In this document: positions 37,032 through 43,853 of the stretch, piece by piece | Layout of the letters: each line of letters opens with the position of its first letter | How positions within the stretch are numbered: the first letter of the stretch is position 1 | Assembly (NCBI GenBank): GCA_031414595.1 | Contig: JANNVX010000078.1 | Location: forward strand, 1-43,853 | Length of the DNA stretch: 43,853 nt | Source of the DNA: Deinococcales bacterium | Lineage (GTDB): Bacteria > Deinococcota > Deinococci > Deinococcales > JAAFIG01 | Direction: 5' to 3' | Translations under genes and position numbers: made by a program | Notes under the pieces: generated by a model | What the model was told of the DNA's origin: nothing | What the model saw: the letters and a program-made list of their open reading frames with translations, nothing else | Databases searched by the model: none

Positions 37032-37990
37032 AATTTAACCCAACCAGCAACTCGAGTGGCTGCGTGATAACTCGCCCAAGCCGTGGCGGTCACAAGGGCT
37101 GCGTCTTCTGGGTAGTATTTGCGGTACTGGACTATGATACCTTGCTCGAGTTGATACGCCGCAAAAGCCGTCAGTAAGACCAATTTTGCTGATGCTTGAT
37201 GTTCGTCTGATAGGTCTTTGACCATTTCATTGACCCATTGGCGCGATAACCCCATGTGCTGACCACGCCATTCTTTGATTTTTTGCAACGCAAAGATTTG
37301 AACTATGACTGGTAGGGCAGTATCAATGGCGGTTTGCAGCGTGTGGTGCAAATGACTGAGTGCAGCAGCGATATTTGTATTTTTCATAAACTCGAGGTGC
37401 TTGGGTAGGTCGTGTGTTTCTAAAAACTCGAGCGACAATCCGGCTTTGTTGGGTTTAGTTAAGACAAATTTTTCAAATACCCAACCCATCAGTTTTAAGT
37501 ACGGTTGTTTGAATTGCCCAAAAGCAACCCAAGCCGAATCTATCAGTAAGGCGTTACTCATGCGGTTTATGTATTGCCAAAGCAGCACCGCCGCGATGTA
37601 CTCGGGCATTAGTTCTGGTTTGAATGGTGGGTTTTTTAGGGCTGGGTCGTCTGGATTTTGGGTTGCTTTTGCCCATTGTGCAATACTAACGTTTATTGTC
37701 GTGTTGGCAAGGGCGGTGCTGTGGGCTTCGATGCACCACGGACACTGGTTTTGTTCGGCAATCACAAGGGCAATCGTTTCTAGGTCAACTCGAGGTACAC
37801 GGCTGGCGATTTGTGTCTCGCGGAATAATGCCCAGATTCCAGCCAGCAAGTTCGGGACACTCGAGTGGATTAAAAAAGGTCCGTGTACTCCAGCGTTTTC
37901 TTGGTTCATTTGCCTATAAATGCGTTTGACTAAGCCAGTGGCTTGGGTTGGTTCGATAACGTGCAGGTTATATTTTACAAATTTTGACAT
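37028..37990 (-). CDS. Carboxymuconolactone decarboxylase / AhpD-like protein
   Basis: ETIALVIAEQNQCPWCIEAH (CxxC..H) motif. AGGAG RBS before ATG 37990. Confidence 0.82.
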   Translation of the reverse strand: MSKFVKYNLHVIEPTQATGLVKRIYRQMNQENAGVHGPFLIHSSVPNLLAGIWALFRETQIASRVPRVDLETIALVIAEQNQCPWCIEAHSTALANTTINVSIAQWAKATQNPDDPALKNPPFKPELMPEYIAAVLLWQYINRMSNALLIDSAWVAFGQFKQPYLKLMGWVFEKFVLTKPNKAGLSLEFLETHDLPKHLEFMKNTNIAAALSHLHHTLQTAIDTALPVIVQIFALQKIKEWRGQHMGLSRQWVNEMVKDLSDEHQASAKLVLLTAFAAYQLEQGIIVQYRKYYPEDAALVTATAWASYHAATRVAGWVKF

Positions 37991-37992
37991 GA

Positions 37993-38355
37993 TTACTCCT
38001 TGATGCTGGCTAATTGCCAAATGGCAAAACCAGCCACGATAACAGCAATGCCAGTCACACCGATTACGCCGCTTGGGGTCAGGGCTAACCAACCTGTCAT
38101 TAAAACAATCAGGCTCGAGATGACCCAGAGCGTATCAAGGATAATCGCTATTTTTGCGATTAGAATTTGCTTGCTTTGAATGCCATACCAGAGAATGCCC
38201 ACAAAACCAAGTAAGGCAACAGCCACAAGTCTAAGCATCAGTTCGCTTGCGCCACTGGCACTGGCAATTGTCTTGGTAAAAAGTAAAAATGTAATGGCGG
38301 ATAGACTCGAGAAGATCAGGTTGCTAAGCATGGCGGTGCGTAATTTTGGGTTCAT
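37993..38355 (-). CDS. Small four-TM membrane protein
   Basis: Four hydrophobic segments and an ATGA overlap with the TetR stop codon. Confidence 0.75.
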   Translation of the reverse strand: MNPKLRTAMLSNLIFSSLSAITFLLFTKTIASASGASELMLRLVAVALLGFVGILWYGIQSKQILIAKIAIILDTLWVISSLIVLMTGWLALTPSGVIGVTGIAVIVAGFAIWQLASIKE

Positions 38356-38951
38356 GGGTTTAGTCCTTGCCACTCTTCAAAATGGCGAAAAATTGCGTTT
38401 CTAGCAATTGCAAAATACTGTTTATCACGGCTAAGTTGGTAGCTTAGATTGGCGCTGAGTAAAAACGCATGGAGTTCAAAAGCCATTTGTTCGGCTGGCA
38501 AACTGGTAACGAGTTGCTGTGTATCTTGGGCTTTTTTAATTCGTTCGATTAGAACAAACACAGCCCTCGAGACTAGCTGCATAAGATGGTCGCGGACAAT
38601 TCCGGGTTTACCGTCTAGTTCGCTGCTGGCGGACATGAAAACGCAACCGCCGGGGAAGGTGTCTGACTCGAGGTAGTTAAGCCACTGCTCGAGTAGGTGC
38701 TGTAGTTGCTGCACGGCACTTAAATCTGGTGGTGCAGTCAGGCACGGCGAAAAAATTATCCAAGCTGTATCGAGCGTAGCAATTTGTAATTCTTCTTTTG
38801 AACCAAAATGGGCAAAAACCCCGCTTTTACTCATGCTTAGGCTTTGTGCGAGGCTATTGATGCTCAAGCCTTGCAGCCCTTCAATCGAGGCAATTTGAAC
38901 CGCTTTCTCGAGGATGTGGGTGCGAGTAGATTGTTTTTTAGGAGTCTCCAT
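38352..38951 (-). CDS. TetR/AcrR family regulator
   Basis: ILEKA...GL.GLSI..LA..L.MSKSGVFAHFGSKEEL HTH and a GGC.F motif. Confidence 0.93.
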   Translation of the reverse strand: METPKKQSTRTHILEKAVQIASIEGLQGLSINSLAQSLSMSKSGVFAHFGSKEELQIATLDTAWIIFSPCLTAPPDLSAVQQLQHLLEQWLNYLESDTFPGGCVFMSASSELDGKPGIVRDHLMQLVSRAVFVLIERIKKAQDTQQLVTSLPAEQMAFELHAFLLSANLSYQLSRDKQYFAIARNAIFRHFEEWQGLNP

Positions 38952-38957
38952 TAGATA

Positions 38958-38985
38958 AAAATAGCACGAACGTTCGTGCTATTTT
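38958..38985. promoter_or_regulatory. Perfect 28-bp palindrome, probable TetR operator
   Basis: AAAATAGCACGAAC|GTTCGTGCTATTTT overlaps the -10 (TATTTT) of the tetR gene. Confidence 0.8.
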
Positions 38986-39019
38986 GTTGTTGGCAATACC
39001 GGACGCTTAAATCCCAACC

Positions 39020-39790
39020 TTATCTTAATTTGGCAGATTCTAAGCGCTCGAGTAGGGCTTCTAAGGCTTTGATATGAACTTTGTACGAACCTCGAGTACC
39101 CTCCAGCCAACCCTGTTCACGCCATGTACTCAGGGCAGTTGTGGCACTGACTCTGGTTGTACCCGCCAACGCTCCAAGTTCGTCTTGGCGCAAATCCAGA
39201 TTTAATTCGTATAGATGCTCATTAATCGGTGTACCAAAACGTTTGGTTAAAAGCAGTAAGCTACCCGCTAACCGAGCTTCAGCAGGTAAGCTGGCGCGTT
39301 GTAACTCGAGTTCAAGGGTGCGGTTGCGTTCTGATAAAACCGTCGCAAATGCCAGCGCAACATTTGGGATATTTTTTGCCACACTTAAAAATTGGTCTCG
39401 AGAAATCGGGCAGGCAAGCACTTTTGGGCTTAAACAAACAGCATTACTTAAGCGCTGTACGGAATTGATTAAAAAAGATTCGCCAAAAAAATCATCTGGT
39501 CCACAAACCGCCACCACCCGTTCGTTGGGCAACATCACTTTGACATGCCCCTCGAGCAGAATAAACATCGTGTCGGCAGGGTCGCCTTGGCGGTAGATGA
39601 ATTCGCCCTTGCGGTACGGACGCGGTGGGCAAATGCTACCCATCATTTTCATTTCCTCTAAACTCAGTTTCGGTCCCCAATTGGTGTTCTGCACCACCCA
39701 CGCTTCAGAATGAGACAAGACTGATTTTGGAGTTTGAATCCCTAAAACTCGAGCAATTTGTTGGTATAGATTTGGTTTTTCCACAGTCAT
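39020..39790 (-). CDS. Crp/Fnr family transcriptional regulator
   Basis: IYRQGDPAD...EGHVKV...FFGE cNMP-binding domain and the LRQDELGALAGTTRVSATTAL HTH. Start probably ATG 39790. Confidence 0.9.
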   Translation of the reverse strand: MTVEKPNLYQQIARVLGIQTPKSVLSHSEAWVVQNTNWGPKLSLEEMKMMGSICPPRPYRKGEFIYRQGDPADTMFILLEGHVKVMLPNERVVAVCGPDDFFGESFLINSVQRLSNAVCLSPKVLACPISRDQFLSVAKNIPNVALAFATVLSERNRTLELELQRASLPAEARLAGSLLLLTKRFGTPINEHLYELNLDLRQDELGALAGTTRVSATTALSTWREQGWLEGTRGSYKVHIKALEALLERLESAKLR

Positions 39791-39827
39791 AATTAAAAAT
39801 ACGAGAGAAGCTGGCTTTTTGTTCATT

Positions 39828-39847
39828 TGTGTTAAGCGCTTGACACA
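39828..39847. promoter_or_regulatory. Near-perfect 20-bp palindrome with TGT-N10-ACA core; candidate Crp/Fnr site
   Basis: TGTGTTAAGC|GCTTGACACA lies between the divergent crp and yceI-like genes. Confidence 0.55.
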
Positions 39848-39931
39848 CCGTACACAATTTTTTTGCAAAATTATGGGTACTTCCTGGAAAACCAGAAGTG
39901 TACCCGCCTTTAGGCACAAGGAGATTCACCC

Positions 39932-40531
39932 ATGAAAAAAGTAATGTTAGCCAGTGCTGTTATTGCCCTGACCGTCGCCGCAATTGCCCAAGCCCAAAGT
40001 AACGCTTGGAAAATCGTTGCCGATGAACGCTTTAGTGTCGCCACCGTCGAGAACAAAACCGATATTGAAAACTGGACTGGACGCACCAGCAAAATCACTG
40101 GCACAATCAACTTTGATGCTGCCACCAAAACGGGTAGTGGCACAATTATTGTGGACGGTACAAGCATTGACACGGGCGTAGCCTTACGCAACGAACACAT
40201 GCGAAGCGCTGACTGGTTCAACTTTGACAAAGACGGCATGATTAAATTTGAAGCCAAGACCGTGCGTAACACTTCGGGTAACAACTACGCAGTGACCGGC
40301 GACCTGACCATGAAAGGCATCACCAAGCGTTTGACCACCACCGCCACCTTAAAAATCACCAACGCCAGCGAAGTCACCAAAAGCATGGGCTTTGCTGGAA
40401 ATGTAGCTGCACTTAGCACCAAATTCAAAGTTAAACTCTCCGATTATGGCGTTAAGCACCCAGCCATTGGCGCAGGACGGGTTAATGATAGCGTAGAGAT
40501 TACTCTGGCTGTTGTGGCAACGGATAAATAA
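39932..40531 (+). CDS. YceI family secreted lipid/polyisoprenoid-binding protein
   Basis: Signal peptide, SIDTG...RNEHMRSADWF and VTGDLTMKGITK motifs. Confidence 0.92.
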   Translation: MKKVMLASAVIALTVAAIAQAQSNAWKIVADERFSVATVENKTDIENWTGRTSKITGTINFDAATKTGSGTIIVDGTSIDTGVALRNEHMRSADWFNFDKDGMIKFEAKTVRNTSGNNYAVTGDLTMKGITKRLTTTATLKITNASEVTKSMGFAGNVAALSTKFKVKLSDYGVKHPAIGAGRVNDSVEITLAVVATDK

Positions 40532-40534
40532 GCC

Positions 40535-40939
40535 ATGTTCTCGAGACTGCGCCCAGTTTTTTTCGGTTTAGCCATTACTGCTGTAGTTGTGCTAACCGGT
40601 AGTTTTGTGGTCTCGAGTATTGTTACCCAAAATGCAGTTCTAGCCCAACGCATCGAAATCAGGGAAGCTGGCGTAGCCGCACTTTTTGGCGCAGAGAACG
40701 AAGTCGGTAAACCAATTGGCAGTCCACAACGCCTGATTATTAGCGACCCAAAAGCCTTCCTCGAGAAAACAGGCGAAAACGGTTTGCGTTACGTGAACGA
40801 TAAGTATTTGAAAGACAACAATATTTATCCGCTCCAAGCCCTAACCGTCGAGTTTTTTCGCAATGTCACCGCAATTATTGCTGGACTGGGCGCAATTATC
40901 ATGTTTGGCTTATGGCGTTTAACTAAACCAAAAGCCTAA
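40535..40939 (+). CDS. Hypothetical two-TM membrane protein
   Basis: N- and C-terminal hydrophobic helices, starting 3 nt after the yceI-like gene. Confidence 0.7.
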   Translation: MFSRLRPVFFGLAITAVVVLTGSFVVSSIVTQNAVLAQRIEIREAGVAALFGAENEVGKPIGSPQRLIISDPKAFLEKTGENGLRYVNDKYLKDNNIYPLQALTVEFFRNVTAIIAGLGAIIMFGLWRLTKPKA

Positions 40940-40955
40940 ATGACCAGAATCAAGG

Positions 40956-40983
40956 CTCGAGTGAACAATCACTCGAGTTTTTT
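40956..40983 (+). terminator. Intrinsic terminator built from two CTCGAG sites
   Basis: CTCGAGTGA-acaa-TCACTCGAG followed by TTTTTT. Confidence 0.75.
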
Positions 40984-41065
40984 GGTATCTCGAGCCACAA
41001 GCTGACACCCATTTCACACAATTTTTTGTATACTTTCACAGTTTATTTACTTGGAGGATACAAAA

Positions 41066-42985
41066 TTGAAAACACTTGAACGTTTCACCATCACCGATGC
41101 CGCCGAAATTTATGGTGTGCCAAGTTGGGCTGGTGGCTATTACCGTGTTGGCGAAACTGGTTTGCTCGAGGCAACCCCAACCCAAAATGGTGCTTCTGTG
41201 CCTTTAACGGCGATTCTCGAGGAACTTAAAAAGCGCGATGAAGCCCTACCTGTGATTATTCGTTTTCCCCAGATTCTTGAGTCTCGGGTAGCTGGGTTGA
41301 ACGCGGCGTTTGCTTCAGCTATCGCCGAATATAAGTACCCCGGAACGTACCAAGGTGTTTTTCCGATTAAAGTTAATCAGCGCCGCGTCGTGGTCGAGAC
41401 CATTGCCAAAGCGGGACGGCAATTTGCTCACGGCATTGAGGCGGGTTCTAAAGCCGAACTTGCTTTGTGTTTAGCCCAAGAACTTCATCCAGAGGCGCTT
41501 TTGTGTTGTAACGGCTTCAAAGACGATGGTTTTGTGCGTCTTGCGCTTTGGGGCAGAAAACTTGGTAAGAACGTCGTGATTACTCTAGAAAAATTCTCAG
41601 AACTCGAGCGGGTGCTGCGGATTGCCAAAGAAGTTGGGGTCAAACCTGTGGTCGGAGTGCGTTTTAAGCTCCATGCCAAAGGCAGTGGACAATGGGAAGA
41701 ATCTGGTGGAGACGGCGCGAAATTTGGTTTGAACGCCACTGAATTGTTGGCTGTGGTCAACCGCTTAAAGGGGTTGGGTCTCGAAAGTTCTTTGCAAATG
41801 CTACATTGTCATGTTGGCAGCCAACTGACCGATATTCGCCGTATTAAAGTGGCGGTGCGTGAAGCCGCTCAGACTTACGCCGAGTTGCGTGAGCTTGGCG
41901 TGGGGATTAAGTACCTCAATGTTGGTGGCGGACTGGCTGTGGATTACGACGGCAGCAAAACCACGTTTTACTCGAGTGCCAATTATACCCTGCAAGAATA
42001 TGCCCAAGATGTGGTCTACAGTGTTTTAGAAACTTGCAAAGGCGCAGAACTCGAGGAAAGCGCTTACCCAGTCATCGTCTCAGAATCTGGACGGGCTTTA
42101 ACGGCGCATCATGCCGTGCTGGTACTGCCAGTGCTAGATGTGACCGGACCGACCCGATACCCAGCCGACCTTGCCCCAAGAGACCCCGACTCCCATGATT
42201 TAGTCAAAGATTTAGAGCAGATTTATGAAAATATCAGCTTAAAAAACTATTCGGAGATGTACAACGATGCCGTGGATTCCAAGACTCAAATGCACACTTT
42301 GTACGACCTTGGGTATCTGAATTTGCGTGACCGCGCTCGCAGCGAAGAACTGTTTAACCGAATTTTGCAAAAGGTCTTAAAAGTCATCGAGGAAGCCGAT
42401 CCAAAATACGTGCCGGAAGAATTCGAGGATTTACCGCCGCTCTTGGCAGACAAGTACATCTGTAATTTTAGTTTATTCCAAAGCCTGCCAGACCACTGGG
42501 CAATAGATGCACTTTTTCCAATTGTGCCGCTTTCTCGGCTCGAGGAACGCCCCACCAAACTTGGTACGATTGTGGACATCACTTGCGATTCAGATGGCAA
42601 AATAGACAAGTTTATAGACCTGCGCGATGTCAAAAAAGCGATTGCGCTGCATGAATTTAATCCAGAGCAACCGTATTACCTTGGGGTCTTTTTGGTTGGC
42701 GCATACCAAGATGTCTTGGGCAGCGACCATAACCTGTTTGGCAAAGTCAACGAAGTTCATGTGACAGTCGAGGACAACGGCGAGTACGAAATAGATTTAT
42801 TTGTCCGTGGTCAAAAAGCTCGGCGTTTAATCGAAGGCATGGGCTACACCGCACCACAACTCTTCTCGAGTATGCGCTCACAAGTAGACCGCAGCGTTGC
42901 CATGAAAGTGGTTGGTACAGACGAAGGCGAGAGCTTCTTAGAGCATTATGACGAAGAGCTTGTAGGGTATACCTACCTCGAGTAA
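41066..42985 (+). CDS. speA: Biosynthetic arginine decarboxylase
   Basis: FPIKVNQ (PLP Lys), HCHVGSQ, NVGGGL, ESGRA, TCDSDG and GAYQD motifs. Start probably TTG 41066 after GGAGG, or TTG 41051. Confidence 0.96.
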   Translation: MKTLERFTITDAAEIYGVPSWAGGYYRVGETGLLEATPTQNGASVPLTAILEELKKRDEALPVIIRFPQILESRVAGLNAAFASAIAEYKYPGTYQGVFPIKVNQRRVVVETIAKAGRQFAHGIEAGSKAELALCLAQELHPEALLCCNGFKDDGFVRLALWGRKLGKNVVITLEKFSELERVLRIAKEVGVKPVVGVRFKLHAKGSGQWEESGGDGAKFGLNATELLAVVNRLKGLGLESSLQMLHCHVGSQLTDIRRIKVAVREAAQTYAELRELGVGIKYLNVGGGLAVDYDGSKTTFYSSANYTLQEYAQDVVYSVLETCKGAELEESAYPVIVSESGRALTAHHAVLVLPVLDVTGPTRYPADLAPRDPDSHDLVKDLEQIYENISLKNYSEMYNDAVDSKTQMHTLYDLGYLNLRDRARSEELFNRILQKVLKVIEEADPKYVPEEFEDLPPLLADKYICNFSLFQSLPDHWAIDALFPIVPLSRLEERPTKLGTIVDITCDSDGKIDKFIDLRDVKKAIALHEFNPEQPYYLGVFLVGAYQDVLGSDHNLFGKVNEVHVTVEDNGEYEIDLFVRGQKARRLIEGMGYTAPQLFSSMRSQVDRSVAMKVVGTDEGESFLEHYDEELVGYTYLE

Positions 42986-43040
42986 CGGATTACTCACCTA
43001 CCTCGAGTAACGCACTTACTCACCTACCTCGAGTAACGGA
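42971..43040 (+). repeat. 25/26-bp tandem repeat x3 copying the speA 3' end
   Basis: ACCTACCTCGAGTAACG at 42971, 42996 and 43022. The spacers contain TTACTC, forming GAGTAA/TTACTC hairpins. Confidence 0.9.
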
Positions 43041-43063
43041 GCTTCAGGCTGTGCATAACATCA

Positions 43064-43093
43064 AAAGCGGATTCCCTAACCAGAATCCGCTTT
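43064..43093 (+). terminator. Stem-loop terminator after speA
   Basis: AAAGCGGATTC / GAATCCGCTTT inverted repeat. Confidence 0.7.
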
Positions 43094-43121
43094 GTTCATA
43101 CTCGAGTCCAGCACACAGCAG

Positions 43122-43150
43122 TTGACAGTCTCGCCAGTGGCTTGTATACT
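43122..43150 (+). promoter_or_regulatory. Near-consensus sigma70 promoter for the tRNA genes
   Basis: TTGACA-17 nt-TATACT. Confidence 0.85.
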
Positions 43151-43180
43151 CCTCGCCGCTCGAGAGAGCAGCATTGCCTT

Positions 43181-43256
43181 GGACTGGTGGTGCAGCGGTT
43201 AGCATACCCGCCTGTCACGCGGGTGGTCGCGGGTTCAAATCCCGTCCGGTCCGCCA
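43181..43256 (+). tRNA. tRNA-Asp (GTC)
   Basis: 76-nt cloverleaf with anticodon arm CCCGC-CTGTCAC-GCGGG, TTCAAAT T-loop and encoded CCA. Confidence 0.95.
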
Positions 43257-43261
43257 CTTTT

Positions 43262-43286
43262 AAGCCCGAGTTCGCTCGGGCTTTTT
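43262..43286 (+). terminator. UUCG hairpin with U-tail between the two tRNAs
   Basis: AAGCCCGAG-ttcg-CTCGGGCTT followed by TTT. Confidence 0.6.
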
Positions 43287-43315
43287 GGAACAAAAGGTAA
43301 GCAAGGTTCTACCAA

Positions 43316-43391
43316 GGCGGGATAGCTCAGCTGGTAGAGCATACGACTGAAAATCGTAGTGTCGCCGGATCATGCCCGGCTCTCGCCACCA
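43316..43391 (+). tRNA. tRNA-Phe (GAA), atypical T-loop
   Basis: 76 nt with acceptor GGCGGGA/TCTCGCC, anticodon arm TACGA-CTGAAAA-TCGTA, T-stem GCCGG/CCGGC with loop ATCATGC, and CCA. Confidence 0.88.
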
Positions 43392-43422
43392 AAAAAGACC
43401 CTGTGTTTCACAGGGTCTTTTT
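43392..43422 (+). terminator. Bidirectional-type intrinsic terminator
   Basis: AAAAAGACCCTGTG-ttt-CACAGGGTCTTTTT. Confidence 0.8.
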
Positions 43423-43642
43423 GATTCCACTTTAGATTGGTATAGCGGCTCGAACCATTTTTTGTGCAAAAAGTTGCACAGTAGAATTTACTCGGGCTCT
43501 TTAGTAATTTTTTTACCCGCGAAGAAGTCAATCATTTTGGCTCGTTTCTCCTCGAGCCTAATATGACGGTAGACATCGGTGGTGATCGAGATTCTGGAAT
43601 GGGTACACTTTCGTATCTTGACAATTACCATCCGCTAACACA

Positions 43643-43852
43643 TTAGTGAAGCCGTATCGCTTCCATGACCTCATCCACCATTTCAGAAGCGTCACCTCGA
43701 GCGGCAGCTGTCGCCACATGCGCCTCGAGATGCCCACGCAAAACAACTTCGCCAGCCCCTTGTAATGCCCCTTGAACAGCTTTGATTTGGCGCAGAACAT
43801 CCACGCAGTAGACATCGGGGTTCTCGAGCATTCTTTGGATGCTCTCGAGATG
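43643..43852 (-). CDS. CsoR/RcnR family metal-sensitive repressor (5' end outside window)
   Basis: HLESIQRMLE...YCVDVLRQIKAVQGAL...LRGHLEAHV. Confidence 0.88.
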   Translation of the reverse strand, partial: HLESIQRMLENPDVYCVDVLRQIKAVQGALQGAGEVVLRGHLEAHVATAAARGDASEMVDEVMEAIRLH

Positions 43853-43853
43853 C

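Noticed and set aside
42971-43040. Short repeat arrays (also 14013-14090 and 23155-23229) as CRISPR arrays
   Set aside because: There are only 2-3 units with no unique 30-40 nt spacers, each repeat is a copy of the upstream gene end, and no cas genes are present.
43181-43642. tRNA genes as an integration site of a prophage or island
   Set aside because: There is no integrase and I found no duplicated tRNA 3' end within the window.

Overview
Chromosomal window from a bacterium most consistent with Deinococcota, probably Deinococcales. The basis is a Deinococcus-like EF-Tu N-terminus, many apparently leaderless genes and the gene content; this is an inference. The backbone is housekeeping: tuf (partial), serS, queA, greA, tag, a moxR/DUF58 pair, zapE, rpmI-rplT, uvrD/pcrA, speA, tRNA-Asp, tRNA-Phe and a partial csoR-like gene. 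AT-richer accessory inserts include toxin-antitoxin modules, a truncated SMI1/KNR4 gene and a nuclease-STAND NTPase-TPR gene. The best candidate for an undescribed system is 7882-12680. A TPR + winged-HTH/BTAD (SARP-like, inverted domain order) regulator faces an unannotated 41-aa secreted propeptide gene (9930-10055). The peptide promoter has three TCAGCA repeats at exact 11-bp periodicity ending 8 nt before the -10, the classic SARP operator geometry. A lipoprotein gluzincin metallopeptidase and a second lipoprotein follow. Together these suggest a peptide-signalling circuit analogous to RRNPP systems. Other notable patterns are strong over-representation of CTCGAG, tandem duplications of the last 25-27 bp of four genes, a deleted vapC remnant and a tRNA-Phe with a non-canonical T-loop. 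All calls are by eye, with no database searches.
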